DNA of 64,000 nucleotides from the NCBI GenBank assembly GCA_000002445.1, contig CM000207.1, forward strand, positions 2,496,001 through 2,560,000, read 5' to 3'. Position 1 is the first letter of the stretch. The number at the start of each line of letters is the position of its first letter. The DNA comes from Trypanosoma brucei. Lineage: Eukaryota. A program made the position numbers and the translations under genes. The notes beneath the pieces were generated by a model. It was not told the DNA's origin. It worked only from the letters and a program-made list of their open reading frames with translations, and ran no database searches. This document shows, piece by piece, positions 49,885 through 63,518 of the stretch.

Positions 49885-50050
49885 ATATTACTTAGGTTAA
49901 TAACAGTAATAAAGATAATAATAATATTAAAAACAGAGCATTTTGTTGTTATGTATATACTGATATTGTAAGAAGAGTAGTAATAACCATAATCATAATG
50001 GTGGGATAGTGTTACGAATGTGTACATACTACTATTATAATATAATTGAT
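49885..50050 (+). repeat. 70-bp repeat block (about 2 units)
   Basis: aataacagtaataaagataataataatattaaaaacagagcattttgttgttatgtatatactgatattgtaagaagagtagtaataaccataatcataatggtgggatagtgttacgaatgtgtacatactactattataat. Confidence 0.7.
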
Positions 50051-53000
50051 AGTGAATGCTAATAGCATGATAAAAATGAAAGAACGTTTAACGACTTCAG
50101 TTGTCACTTGGTGCAACAAATTGAAAAGGACAGTGAGAGAAAGGGACTGTTAGTGCGAGAGTAAGAGAGGAAAATTCAAGTACTTTTTTAAAATTAAAAG
50201 GCCAAAGAAAAAAGTGAAAGAAAGGAAGTAAGAGGTGGAATATGCTTATTTAAAAACAAAAACATAGCAGTGGAAGCATCATAACCGGAGAAATGAAGAA
50301 AACAATGGGAAAGAGGTAGATTCTAGTATACATGAAAAAGGTTTCACAAAGACTAATTTAAAGAAGCATTGAATGTAGAAGGCAACTAAGAGTATAATCA
50401 CCAATATTCAAAAACAAAACCTTCTTGAAAAACGCGTTGTTTCTCCTTTAAATACTATCATGAAACAGAGCAATCAAACGTAAATAATTTATCTTACAAA
50501 TGCCGTGAAACTTGTTTATAAGTGCAGTTCTTACAGCGGTTCAGCATGTATATGCAACAAAGAAGAATCAAACAATGATGGTTGTATACAACCTTGCAGA
50601 AAGTGTAATAAGCAAGAACAAATTTATTAAGACCTACCACAAACAAAAATTACGTCAAGTAGTTAAAAATAAACCACAAATAGAGCTGTTATTCACTCAC
50701 ACAAATGCGTATAACAGTGACCTTCCGTTTCACCTAAATGCAGGCAATTAGAAAAAGGTGTTAGATATAACTCGATATTTTGTTCCTTTTTATAATAAAT
50801 CCGGGTTTTGTGTAAAAATACAACCCAGATTGCCAATTTAATGAATTAAAAACAAGGTGAGTTAGTAAAAACTAATTGAAATTATGTTAACTCATAGAAA
50901 CCGCTGTGTTCTAGCCGTTTCCCATAATGTTTTCCGATCTCCTAAACGTTCTGTATCATTTTATCTAAGAAGAGTCGATAAGCGGCGCAAATGAAAAAAC
51001 AGTGGACTTAATTTTCAAAAGGAAGCTTTTTGGAGGACAACAGCAACAAATCCCCCTCAATACTCAAAATTTTCATGTGAAAACAACCTAATAAAACATA
51101 CAGAGTATGACACTGAATTGGCTGCGGGCGCCAGGAATAGCGATTAAAACCAACTTAGGATCAAACGCTTGGAACAGCCGAAATGACTCAAATAAAAGCC
51201 ATCTTTTATTCAAAAATGAATAGATGCTGCTTTAGAGACGATTGTGGCGACAGTGATTTTAAATTTGCTTGTGTAACATAATATCAAGCACCAAATGTGC
51301 GCGTTAATTGTTCATAGAATATGTAGAGGCTTTAATTTTTACAATGCAGGGCCTTTTGTGGTGATTTTATAAGTGGATGCTAAAGACATATCAGAATTCT
51401 GTAAGAAACCATAAATTGGCCACACTACTCTGACCTTCGGCGAACCTGCAGCCTGCAGACGTGTCTAGAATAAAAAAAAACAGGTAAATCTTCGCGAACG
51501 TAATCGCTTGGAGCGGCGGCATTGAGGTGCAAAAACTCGAAAATCGCTTGATGTAAAGCAAGTTGTAGCCTCTCTGAAAATGTGCTACCAACTCTACCAG
51601 TGCTACCACAAGGCCACACATCTGCGTACAGCTAATCACGGTTTTTTAAATTCATGACATCACGAGCCTCCAGCAGAAGTAACAGAACAAACAACCTTGA
51701 ATTACAGCAAGCATGGTGCAAGAATTTTTTTTCGGCAAGAAAGTCGTAGAAGTTCTCCACAACAAAATAACCGCTGGAGAGCCAAGGCCAACCCAGCTCC
51801 GAAATGACTTCAAAGCTTTCGTGACAGTGCACATAAAGGACGAAACAGCAACCACGAAAGCGGTATATTGTGTCCTAGACACGTGAGCAGGCTTTGCCTT
51901 GCGCCCACAAGCAACAACCCCAGAAACCAACAAACTGTCGAGCAACGTTGAGGCCGTAGCAAACGCTGGAAATCAGTACCTGCTGAGAGCCGCTCCAAAC
52001 AGCCAATGAAGCTGCAAAATCCCGCTACTTCTCAGCGTCGACCCGCGCGCCCACAAGTAAATCAAACACTACACCACCTCAATCAGACAAAGCAGTCTGG
52101 TTAGTACGCGATTCAAACCAGAGTGCCGAGCGTCAAGAAAATATAGCTATTAATATGCGCCATCTTTGTGCTAGTTCGTGCTCATGCTTCAGCGACAAAC
52201 CGTAGCTACTCGATAGTTGAAGACCACAGGCTTGAGTTAGCAGTTCACAGACTGTGACCTTCAAGACCAAAAAATAAAGGAACGTACATCAAACAGAAAT
52301 GACAGCGTTGTCAACCTAAGCCCATCGATAAAATCATGGCCCCTATTGAAACAACGCAAAATAAAACATAATACCCTAGCAAATCCCTATCACTAGAGCT
52401 TTACACTCCTTGACAAGCATAATAATCACCATAAAAATTGGAAGACTGCGAGGAGAAAAGTAGAAAACCAAATAAATCTGCATCCAGGCTATTCTGTTGC
52501 AAGCTTTGACACTCTCGACAAATAAGCCACAGCTGAATTTGGCTGGTGGTAGAAACCATGGTGATCATGTGCACTAAAAGAAACTGCGAAAACCTTATAG
52601 TTGCCAACGGGGTTTAAGCTATAAAACGAATCGACCGCTCTCACTCGCCGGCCAACATCCGCAGACATTGGCGGGCATACGCCTACCGAGCGAAACCAGG
52701 CAAACTTGCGAAACCGCTCTATAGCACTTCAATCAACAGCCAGAGGCGGGCTGAAGTCTACAAGTGCTGGCACAAACCCAAAATATCACAGCCACCAATA
52801 GACCTCCACCCTTTAGCAGTAAACGACAATCAGAATTACGGAAACTATCGCGTTCATGAGGTATGCAAAAGGATGTCCCCACGATCCGGCAACAAGTGAT
52901 AGCTGGATTATCCGGAAAAAACAGACATCGGCTGCTTTAGTACTGCAAACGTCAAGCAGGCCCAACGCTTGCCAGCGCGAGCCAACCAACTTTCTGTAAC

Positions 53001-53080
53001 CTGTGCGAGATTAAAACCATTAATACCAACCATCGCGGCAATCTATCTAACTTGTCAAGGTTTACTGGAATTCAATCGAT

Positions 53081-54598
53081 ATGACAGAAGGAAAACTCAT
53101 CGCAAAGGCGATATACCTAGTGACTCTAAGCACTGTGATCGCGACAGCAGAAGCCGACCCAGCAGCCGAAGCCAATAGTGCGACAACAGATTTCTGCACG
53201 CTATTAGCATATACAAACAGCGTTGTCGACACTCTGAAGTTGTGGCTAACAGCCCCGGCAAAACCGACAAAAGATTTAGAGGAACAGGTCAGACTACTTA
53301 GCCTGGCAGAAGCAAAGCACTACGGCACACCCAGCGGCATCGCGTATTCGACACTGAGGGCTATATCCCAGGACCGGTTAGAAAAACAAATAAAGAAGCA
53401 AGATGCAGCGACAGCGACAATTGCAGCAGCGCTAAAAGTTTTCGCAGCCAAAGCAGCAGAAACCAAAGTGCTAGGGGCAGCCACGGAGCAAGCTGAGCTC
53501 AAGAGCTGGACGCATGCAACAGACGGCGGCAGCGGCAAAGTGCTGACCACCGGCAGCGGCACCAGCACAAAAATCTGCAAAGCTACCAAGCAGGCGCCAG
53601 TCACTTACACCAAAGAATGCAAAAACAGCGGCGGGGACTTGCAAAAAGCGCAGCAGATAGGAGGAGCTCTAAAGACAGCAAAAAAACTCAAAATCTACAG
53701 CGACACAGCACTGTCACTCGGCTCAATAGAAATACAGTTCGAGGCCGTGGGCAACCTAGGCACCAGCAATTCGTGGACCGCGGGGACGGGGAACACTCAC
53801 TGCCAGCAACACAGCGGTGCGGCAAGCGCAGCGGAGTCGGCAGCGGCAGGAACCGCGCTCTTTTCGGTAAAAGTAACCAACAAGATAACACCGGCAGAAA
53901 TAACGCTGGCACAAGCAGCAAGCGCCCCCTTAAACAGAAACCTAGAAGCCTCAGGCGACAACAAGAAACTGCTGACAGCGGACAAAGACATAGCGGAAGC
54001 ATTAGTAGCAGCTCAAGCGGTGGTGTTTGAAAGCGAACGGCCTCTAAAGGACGAGAAACTAGCAACACTAACAGGAACATCTGCGGCCCAAGCCATGTAC
54101 GCTGCATTAGCAGCCAAACAAGGGAAAACATCGACAACAGGGCCAACTAGCGACGAGGTATCCAAACTACTGTTCAACAAGGGAGATACGGCCAGCGTAT
54201 CCGACTTTTTAACAACACTAAACTCAGACACCAACAGCATCGCCGACGGAGACAAGCCAATAACGGGAAGCACGCAATCAATTGCAGCAGGGGCTAACTT
54301 TCGGAAGGCAATGACTTACTTTTATGCAATGAACCTTAAAAAGTCAACAAAAGCATCAGGAAGCGAGAAACCAGAAGGAGACGCCAAAAAAAATGCAGCA
54401 GACAAAAAAGAAGAAAAGAAAGACGGGGATAATAAAACAACTGCAGCTGATTTCACAGGAACTGAGGAGGATAAATGTGACAAGACAAAGTGTGATTGGA
54501 ACAAGGAAAAGAATGAGTGCAAAGTTAAGGAGGGAGCAGTTGTTATTTCTGCTGTGATTAATGCCCCTCTTTTGCTTGCATTTTTGATTCTAGCTTAA
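53081..54598 (+). CDS. VSG: Apparently intact VSG (505 aa) with 17-aa-class GPI signal
   Basis: ATG 53081 gives MTEGKLIAKAIYLVTLSTVIATAEADPAAEANSATTDFCTLLAY... The ORF is uninterrupted and ends ...FTGTEEDKCDKTKCDWNKEKNECKVKEGAVVISAVINAPLLLAFLILA-stop. A 16-mer AACATATTTTAACAC lies at 54693-54707. Confidence 0.85.
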   Translation: MTEGKLIAKAIYLVTLSTVIATAEADPAAEANSATTDFCTLLAYTNSVVDTLKLWLTAPAKPTKDLEEQVRLLSLAEAKHYGTPSGIAYSTLRAISQDRLEKQIKKQDAATATIAAALKVFAAKAAETKVLGAATEQAELKSWTHATDGGSGKVLTTGSGTSTKICKATKQAPVTYTKECKNSGGDLQKAQQIGGALKTAKKLKIYSDTALSLGSIEIQFEAVGNLGTSNSWTAGTGNTHCQQHSGAASAAESAAAGTALFSVKVTNKITPAEITLAQAASAPLNRNLEASGDNKKLLTADKDIAEALVAAQAVVFESERPLKDEKLATLTGTSAAQAMYAALAAKQGKTSTTGPTSDEVSKLLFNKGDTASVSDFLTTLNSDTNSIADGDKPITGSTQSIAAGANFRKAMTYFYAMNLKKSTKASGSEKPEGDAKKNAADKKEEKKDGDNKTTAADFTGTEEDKCDKTKCDWNKEKNECKVKEGAVVISAVINAPLLLAFLILA

Positions 54599-54692
54599 CA
54601 CTTTTAAGAATTATTGGCAAATTCTTTTTTCTAAATTTTACAAAATTACAAAATTTTTTATTTTGAGAGTGATTTTTAAATCGTTAAAATTT

Positions 54693-54707
54693 AACATATT
54701 TTAACAC
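54693..54707 (+). promoter_or_regulatory. VSG 3'UTR 16-mer
   Basis: AACATATTTTAACAC. Confidence 0.65.
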
Positions 54708-54839
54708 TTTGTGATAGAAATGTAAAAATTCGAAAAATTATACTCAATTTTAACATCTTTGTGTAAAGTAAAATTGAGATATAGTACGGAGAATGAATGG
54801 TATTATGAAGTTTTATAGTTAGATTTATTTTCTTTATTT

Positions 54840-55025
54840 GTGAAAAGTAGTAATAATAATAGTAATATGAGAGTGTTGTAAGTGCGTGTGTAATAAATAA
54901 TAATAATTATAATAATGATAATTATAATAATAGAAGAGTGTTATGAGTGTGAGTATATACGAATATTATGATCAGAGCAGTAATAATAATAATAATAATG
55001 ATAATAATGATAGTGATATGAAAGT
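54840..55025 (+). repeat. 70-bp repeat block (2-3 units)
   Basis: gtaataataatagtaatatgagagtgttgtaagtgcgtgtg...ataataatagaagagtgttatgagtgtgagtatatacgaatattatgatcagagcagtaataataataataataatgataataatgatagtgatatg. Confidence 0.8.
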
Positions 55026-56728
55026 GGTGTTGTCTAAATTGTACCAAAAGTTTTGTAGACCGTAATAAAAAGACGTATACAACAATAACAATATTAGTGG
55101 TTCATAAAGTTATGATGGCGGAACGAACTTGATAATAGCGAAAGGTTATAGTTATCTATCACGAGATAGTGATAATATTATTAGCATATCTTCACCATCA
55201 GTGTAACTAACTACTGTAACCCCCATCACAAAGCATAAACACGAATAAACAATGAAAGAAACGGCGGAATTCAAGGACGGGGCACAGACTCATGTGGCTA
55301 ATTCTAACTTCTATGACAGAATCTATACCTGTATACTGAAATATAAGCTGATTATACTAAACAATCACGCTGTAAAAGATATATCACAACATTACAGATG
55401 CATTAATTATATAGCTAAACACCTTAGTGTCGCAACCGACTTTTCTTTGTAACGTTTTCGATGTCTTATTATAACCCTCGAAAATTTATTCGTGTATTAG
55501 AGAATAAAATTTTGTATCTTTTTAACTTTACTGCTGCTGTTGATACTACATTTAGTGTGTTAAGCTAAATATCTGAATAATAGGCCACAACGTGAAATAT
55601 AACAAAGAATAATACTAAGAAACCAAGAGTCTTTGTGGTTGCAGTTGAAACTCATGCAACTAAAAGATGGTGTGGGCTCATATTGAGTGCAAAACTAAGC
55701 AATGTTGAAATTATTACAATTGAAATGGGAGTTTTCTATATCCATGTTAAAAGGCCTAGATGGTTTATGGAAATTTTAGAGAAACAGAATGCAAGTGATG
55801 AGGATATTGTAATTCATTCGGATGGGTCTGATGTTATTGTTTCTGACGGAGAAAAATATGAAAATGCTGTGGAATCTTTATACATAATACTTCTTAAAAA
55901 GAATAGATGTTTGGTGAATAGGATATAGTAAAGGAGCATCTGGAGATATGTGCATAGTTTTTTAATGTTAGGCGAAGAAAGAAAGAGGATAAGAAGTTAC
56001 CTCATTTACTTGAATCGCCTCCTAGTGGAACACCCTATCTAAGTGTTGGAGGTTTTATAGCCAGAGTTTGGGCATTTAGAAAATTTGAATATGCTTTTGG
56101 AGAGTTACTAAAGGGAAGTAAGGAATGGCGACCAGATCAGAGTATTTACAAACCTTTACTAATTTGGAGTGTTTCAGAGGAAGAAGATATTGGGTGGATA
56201 TTTGTTTTCGGGAGTGGAATGATTGGGTCAGATGATAAGAAGAGAGACTCTTCTCCATACCAAATAGCGGAGGTTTGTAGAAGGTCTATTTATTCATTTT
56301 TCTGGACAACCAATTGCATGGGAGTAGAAAGCTGAAGTGATTGTGAAAAATATCTGTTGATGTAAAGAATTGGATGGAAGGCAACTTTGTATAAAAAACT
56401 TTGTTGGAATCAAAAATTATTTAATACATAGAGAGAAATTGGATTTTGTATATCGGGGGTGTTGAGGATATACGTTTACATAAGTGGATTTGTTCAAGGT
56501 TAAGAAAGTTTGAGATAACATATGCAGAGTATCCTGGAATTGGCCTTTTAAAAGGCTATAGAAACCTCCATACGTGCCCGTGTCAAACATAAAGCGACTT
56601 AATGTTAACTTTACGGGGCAAAATGTGTACTGTTGTTATTTTAAAAATAGAAGGAACTCTGATAACAACAACCATTGCTAAACCTTTTCTATCACGTTTC
56701 TTTGTGCCAAAGCTGAGGTAAAATAAAT

Positions 56729-58170
56729 ATGCATATTGTAGCACGTCTGGTTGCGCTTCTGCTCTGTTTATCTACAGTTGCCGACGCCAACGACAAAACT
56801 TCCCACGCATTCAAGGCACTTTGCCTAAACTTTAACGTTGCTAGAGCTACAGTCACAGATACAGATTACAACGGTGAACAGCAAACGGTAGCGGTTCCAC
56901 ACGACGTCCTTTACCTGTACATGAGCTCGATGAAATCCAAGGACTACCTAAACCAGACGTCAGCACTAGTGGACGACACAGAAGCTGGCTGGAAGACAAA
57001 GAAGGAGGCCCTAGAATCACTCAAAGACGCCGCCAGCAACCGTCTTTACCCATTTATACCAGATAGCACAACAAAACAGGCGGTGCACGACGCCTTGGAA
57101 AAGATTTTTAATGAGTCCACGGCGCTCGCCAATTCTATAGAACAAATAAAAGGTGAGATAATAACAGCGGCAAAAGAAGTAAGAGAGGCTTTATCTACAG
57201 CAGCTTACGGTGGTAAAGGCTTGACTGCCGTGCCACAGACCCAATTTGGAGGACGGAGCACGACATGTTCCGGCAACACTGCTTGCACAATGCCAGGCAT
57301 CTCGATTGCACACGACATGGTGTGCGTTTGCAGCGGCGGAACCGACGGCACCGGCATCTGCGGCAATGGGATAGGAACGACCACCTACGACGAGACCAAA
57401 ACAAGCTTAGACGCAGTGGAGATCCAGAAACTTTTCGCAGACATCAAAACTGCATGCAATAAGCAGCAGACAGCAAACAAAGCAACACCGGCGGCCATCC
57501 ATGCGGCGCTAGTGGCCTTCGAACGACAGTTAGGCAAAGAAGTCGCCGACGGCAGTGACGTGCAGCTAAAATTAGGAAACGGTGCAGCAGGCGATTGCAA
57601 CGGCGTCGGCAGCGCAACCACATGCGTAAATTATGGCGGCGTAGCAACTAACGGCAGCATTCTCAACATTAACTGGGTTTCTCAAATGGAAAAGGCAGCA
57701 AACAAGTTAGCAGAGGCAACAAGCAAGCGAGCGGCTCTAGAGGCTGCGAGAGTAGAAATGAGACAGAAGCAGACAGCAGCGTGGGCAGCAGCGGCATTGC
57801 TAAAATTAAAGCTTCTGGACATGCCAGAAACAGTACAAACGGTAACTAAGGCACAAACTTCAGAAACTGATTACAACAAACATACAAAAAGCGAGGACTG
57901 CAAAGACCCATGCAATTGGGAAGAGAATGCTACTGACAAAACTAACAAATGCTCATTAGACCCAGTAGAAGCAACATAGAAAACTAGACAAACATGGGCA
58001 GAAACAGGAGAGGGAAAGAAAGAAGAGAAGTGCAAGGGAAAGAAGCAAGGGGATTTTGAGGAGTTTACTGGCTGCAAATGCAAAACTGAAATATAAAAGG
58101 ATTCCACCTTTCTTGCAAGTAAAAAATTTACTCTTATTTCTGCTGTCTTTATTAGTTTGTCATCATTTTA
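56729..58170 (+). pseudogene. VSG: VSG with complete 416-aa N-domain ORF, then in-frame TAG (57977-57979) and TAA in the C-terminal tail. The GPI-like tail is retained out of context
   Basis: ATG 56729 gives MHIVARLVALLLCLSTVADANDKTSHAFKALC...DYNKHTKSEDCKDPCNWEENATDKTNKCSLDPVEAT-stop. The same frame continues KTRQTWAETGEGKKEEKCKGKKQGDFEEFTGCKCKTEI-stop, then KDSTFLASKKFTLISAVFISLSSF. Confidence 0.75.
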
Positions 58171-58429
58171 GTATTCTGGTAATTTAAGGGTTTTTATGAA
58201 ATTTGCTTTATAGAGAGAGTTTGCCATTTTATAAGAATTTGCTGATATTTACTATAATTTTATATTTTTTAATATTTTTGATGAAAATTTTAAACTTTTG
58301 AAGGTTTAAAATTTTTACCAAGCTGAGTATGATAGCGGCTTAATAGTGTAAAGTAATAGGTGGCAGGGTATGGAAAATAAGTTATATTATAATTTTCTTT
58401 ATTTTGTTTATTTTATGAATATTAATTAG

Positions 58430-58645
58430 AGCGATAATACAAATAATAATGATGACAGCAATAAAATAGCTAAAAATCAATAACTAATAATAAATAAACA
58501 AATATAAAAATGAAACAACATGAATGCGGAAAAGAAATACGATAGAAAATATAAATATAATGATAATGATAATAATGATAGAAGAGTTTCGTTAGTGTGT
58601 ATATACTAATGTTATAGTAAGAGAGGTAACGATAATAATAAATGA
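58430..58645 (+). repeat. 70-bp repeat block with a long AT-rich triplet tract
   Basis: ...aatgataatgataataatgatagaagagtttcgttagtgtgtatatactaatgttatagtaagagaggtaacgataataataaatg. Confidence 0.65.
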
Positions 58646-60214
58646 ACCGCAAAAATAGAAGAGATTAAAACAATGGCGACTGTGTAATGGGAGTAAGTAA
58701 ATAAGGTGGAAAGTTAGTAAAAGAAATAGAAATATGGAAAGAAAAAGAGAGATGGAAAAGGATATGATATATGCGCGAGTCAATATACAAGGGGATGATG
58801 GGGTGAAGGATTAGATAAAAAAGTAAATACAGTGTGCAGGCCACATGGAGTTGCTACATCATCTGAAGAAGCAGTAAGCAAAACATTCGAAAAATACAGA
58901 ATGAAATGCCAGAATATGTGACAATAAAGTAGATGATAGTTGAATATTGTGCATAAATTTTCTATGTATAAATGCTAGTGAGAGATAGAGTCGATTATAG
59001 TTTTTATTCTGATGGTCGATCCCAACATCCATCTGTGAAAATGAAGAAGCATGGGGAATAAGAAGGAAGGTTTTGGATGAGTATGAGGCAAAATAAAAGT
59101 ATTCTTCTCATCAGATGTAGAAATAATTGCTAATATTTCTGTGAAAAAATGTAATATTTTTGAGAGGATATTTTTAAAGCTTTAACTACAGTTTAATTAC
59201 GGTGGATAGCGCATTAAAAACAAAGAAGCAGAAACTGCTTAAATTTAAGTGTATTTTACCTGTTTGAGGGGATTTATGCGTTGCAGAAAGTTTTTAATGA
59301 TACTCATTCCATTCCGTATTGTTATACACGCCAGAAACCAAGACCTTTAAAGGAACGAGCAATTCATATAATAGTTGTCGCAGAGGCGCAGATGACGGCA
59401 CGAATTACCAGAACAATAAAAAGGAGCCAGGTGCTTTTGGAGCCCAAAAATACCAGTTTCAACCTCCGTTTCCACAAAACAAAGTCAGATAGTCAAAATA
59501 AAAAACAATAAGCCAATCTTATTAACGAGAGGAAGCGACGGTTTTAAGTTATTTCGTGTTAAAAGGGAAGCATTGAAATTAGAAGATGATAGAAGGGAAG
59601 GAGAAACATAAATTTTAATTGGTTTACATATGGATACAAGTGGTATAGGTTAGATTTGATAAGAATGAGGCCCTTTGGTTAAGCGGTATGCTTTTTCACG
59701 AGCACGTCACAGCGAACGGAGCACCACCCACAAAGTCTGGCAAAAGGTAGCTGAAAGTAAATCAAGAAAAATTGCTCAATCACTAGTATAGTTTCAATAG
59801 ATTGGGAATTCACACATTCAGCTTAAAATAAAAGGGAGTAGACCGATAAAGCCTTTCGGTGAGGCAGTTTTCGTTACAGTGCACCCCTTGATTAGTAGTT
59901 ATAGAATATTTGCGGAAGGCAGAAGGTTAGAAACTGAAAAATCCATCGCAGTACGCGCGTGTCAACTGGGCGATATCACCTCTTCGTTTTTCTCACACTT
60001 TAGCGGAATCCGGCACCAAGACACAGGAAGCCAAATCAGCTAAGCATCTTACCCTGCTTCCCAATCCTACTTGCACTATATACACAGGTCACGGCAGCTA
60101 AGGAGAAAAAGCCAAAACTACAGCTTCACGGCGCAAGCTCCGTAAAGGATTTTAACACCGGAACTACGGTTCAAGAACGGCACCCTGACGACAGCGCAGC
60201 ATTTAGCCACAACA

Positions 60215-61608
60215 ATGCGCAAAGTAAACGCGGCTTTTACAGGAATAGCGCTGTTTCTGGCAGTAACAATACTCGCACGCAGAGCCGAGACGGAGTCGTC
60301 CAAGCAGTCGACAGCATGTAAGTCAGCTAACTACCTACAAAGCCTACAGAAAACAATTCGACAGCAACCATTGCTGTTCCTTAGAGAAATAAAAAACCTC
60401 CAAACGACACGGCAAATACTCGAATTAGCACGATCATAAACAATTGAAGCGACCGCGCGGGGCGCAGCTGCGCTTCTAGAAGCAGTAACCAAGCACACAG
60501 ACACACTACTTGACTAGGCGAAACAGTGCTCAGCAAAAGCACCCAAAGCGGCCGCGCTCCTCAGCACACAGGCTGAAAGGCACTGTGCTATAGCCAAAGC
60601 CGACAAGATAGCGGCAGCCACAAGCACTGGCGAGAGCCTCTCCGATGGTGGCGCCGCAACTGACAAGTACGCAGAGTTAACAGTAGAAAAAGCGGACGAC
60701 ACAACCTTCATGGAAATGCTAGCAAGTGAACTTAAAGTACAGGAAGCCAGCATAAACTTACAAGGTCTAGGGAACCTAAACTTCTTTGGCCTAGAACAAA
60801 CGGCAGATGGGGGCCACACGGACAGAAAAATATGCCACGGAGCTTGCACAAGCACGTGCAGCACGATAGGCAACTGGCAGCTCAAGATAGTAAGCAAACA
60901 GCTGCTGAAATAAAAGGCGGCAAAAAAACTCGAAGTGAGAGCAAAAGGAAAAACGCCTAATGAGGAGCCGACCAAAGACACGAAAAGCAAAACATCTCTG
61001 ACCCGGCACGACAACGACCTCGAATGGGGAATACATGAGTTTCTCAAGAACAAATACTGCGATTTCGATAAACTTGATTTTGGGAGGACCGCAGCGAGCA
61101 AAACCGACGACACAATCAGACGAATAATGCTAGCGGCAACTTAATGAGCGACAACCAAATATGACCCCGCAAACAGCGCCCAAAAAGCAGCAATTGACAG
61201 TTTGAAAAAACAAACATTTGGATATGACAAAAGTGCATTTGAAAACGTATTTTGGAAAACCATTAAAGACCATACGATAGACTTAACGATTGGCGGCAAA
61301 GAGCTGAAAAAAAGTTAGATAATCTCGCGACATCATACAGTCCACTGCCAGCAACAGCTTCAAGGCGATTTTAAGAAGCAAAAGCAAAAAGGTGCGACAA
61401 TATAGCCGCAGTCACAAAGTCTGACATAAAATGCGAGGGAAGCGAGAAAGCTAAGTGCGACAATAAAAAGTGTAAATTCAAAGACGGAAAAAACAAACTT
61501 AAAGAGTATTTGAAAATGGGGAATAAAGGAAAAACTGCAAACACCGCTGGGAGAAACTTTTTTGTCATTAAAAATGCGCCTCTTTGGCTTGCATTTTTGC
61601 TTATATAA
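60215..61608 (+). pseudogene. VSG: Heavily degenerate VSG pseudogene: signal peptide and GPI signal recognisable, middle frameshifted
   Basis: ATG 60215 gives MRKVNAAFTGIALFLAVTILARRAE... The C-terminus reads ...KCDNKKCKFKDGKNKLKEYLKMGNKGKTANTAGRNFFVIKNAPLWLAFLLI-stop. A 16-mer AATATTTTAACAC lies at 61688-61700, and a 70-bp repeat at about 61855-61955. Confidence 0.65.
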
Positions 61609-61854
61609 TTAACTATCTCAAAGACGTTTTGCTCAATTGTATGAAATTTTCCATTTTGAGAGAATTTTGTTAAATTACTAAAAATTAAAATATTTTAACA
61701 CTTTATGATGAGAATGTACAATTTAATGAAGCAGTGAAAATATGAAGGAAATGAAATTTTTTCATGATAGAGGCCTATGGATTCACATTAGTATGTTGGT
61801 AGGGTATGCATAATGAGTGGTATTCTGATTATTTCTAATTTTGCCTAATTTTAT

Positions 61855-61955
61855 GAATATTAGTTGAGATTATAATACGGAGAATAATAGAAACAATAAT
61901 AATAATGGTAATTTGTTGTGAGTTTATTTATACTAATACTAAAAAATTTTCGGAA
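61855..61955 (+). repeat. 70-bp repeat
   Basis: ataatacggagaataatagaaacaataataataatggtaatttgttgtgagtttatttatactaatactaaaaaa. Confidence 0.6.
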
Positions 61956-63333
61956 CGGAATGGCTGGTCGTAAAAAAATTGAACTATTGAGACAATTGAA
62001 AAGGAAAAGTGTGAATGAGTGAGATAGTGGGTAAGAGAATGAGATGAAGAGTAAGGAGGAGATAAAATATACAAAGTTTCAGTCATAATTATGACTATGG
62101 GTTTCATTCACATCGAGAAAAAGGAGCCAATAACTGAGAAATAGTCCATTCCACAGATGAAATGGAACCGCTCTAACTAACAAAAAGGAACGGTGGATGT
62201 GGAGGCACCTAACTGTACCATTGTCAACAAGCTCCAAAGAACTCATTGAAGAATGAATTATTTTCACTTAAGGCACTATGACGTATACACAGCGATCTTA
62301 CACAAAAATTCAGTTCACAAACAACGTCTGATTTGTCTGAAGATGCGTTTCTTACAAGAATTTAACCAATCATAGTAAGAAATGAAAAAACAGTCAGTTG
62401 ATTTTTGGAGTGAAACCTATAACAACAATGAAAAACTCCACTAAAGTTAGAAATACTAACAGCAAGCGGAAGAACACCTTAACACAAGAAACAAAAAGCA
62501 TAAATAAGTATAAAATTGCATCGAAAACTAGTGCAGAAACAGTGAGTTTTTAGTGGTCCCTGCACGTACTCTAATTGGCCAATATATTATGTAGAAGCAA
62601 GAACCTAGCTCTTTTTCAAGTGTGAAGCTTTTAAAGATTTGGAAAATGAGTTTAAGTGTCACCTTTAGAAGAAAAGAAGCGAGAAGACTTACAAGTGTGC
62701 AATTGGATCTATTTATAAAGGTGAAAAGCAAAAAAGCCAATTTTTAACAACATTTCAAATATCTTAAGCTTAGTCCATTGTTAACATTAGGAAAAACTAT
62801 AGGAAATTTTTTACTCCAAAGGATGCTTGTTTAAATACAAAATTTAAGGTGAATTTTACCTGTTTTAATGACCATGGAATTCTGTGGTGAAACTAGGGTT
62901 TTAGAAAGTTGAAAATGTTTACAACACTGCTATTCAGAATGATGATCTATATATTTAATCAAGCAGACACATATCTCAGTTTACAGAGAACAAAATCGGA
63001 TATGCTGTTACTTGAAATTTTTTTAGAACTCACCAATTTTATGTAAGTCACTTTACAAAAGTAACATTCAATTGAATAATATATATTTTTAAAACAGTGA
63101 AGAAGTGAGGAATGATTTTTGATGCAGGTAGTGTTACCTTTATTATTATTATTTTGTGATGATTTGTATGAAGAAACGCTAATTATATATTCTAAAGATA
63201 ATCAGATACTGACCTGTAGCACAGACAGGAACTGGAGGAAAAAACTCCTTTCCGCATTGTTGTGGCTTTTTCATTAAAACGATGACGATAAAGAAGGAAC
63301 AAACCAACGAATGTAAGCCTTTTCTGCGTTATT

Positions 63334-63518
63334 TTGGGGGCATCCGCACTAATCACGGCAATTTTTGCATACGGGACGGTAACCAAAGGAAAAAACGCAG
63401 AGGACTTTGCGGCACTGTGTGGCTTAGTACAATTTGCTAAATCAAAAGTAACGGACGCTACGAAGCCTCAGGAAATAGAGAAAGTCATCAACACGTTGGC
63501 TGCTATAAATTTCGCATT
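63334..63518 (+). pseudogene. VSG: VSG N-terminal fragment (signal peptide and start of N-domain) truncated by ingi insertion
   Basis: ...ALITAIFAYGTVTKGKNAEDFAALCGLVQFAKSKVTDATKPQEIEKVINTLAAINFAF, then the ingi 5' sequence in the same reading frame (ORF 63334-63837). Confidence 0.6.

Noticed and set aside
10690-61955. Regularly recurring short repeats (70-bp repeats) with spacer-like intervening sequence, superficially CRISPR-like
   Set aside because: The repeats are long and degenerate, contain (TRR)n triplet tracts, are spaced by kilobases, and each precedes a eukaryotic VSG gene. This is a trypanosome genome, so a CRISPR interpretation is not applicable.
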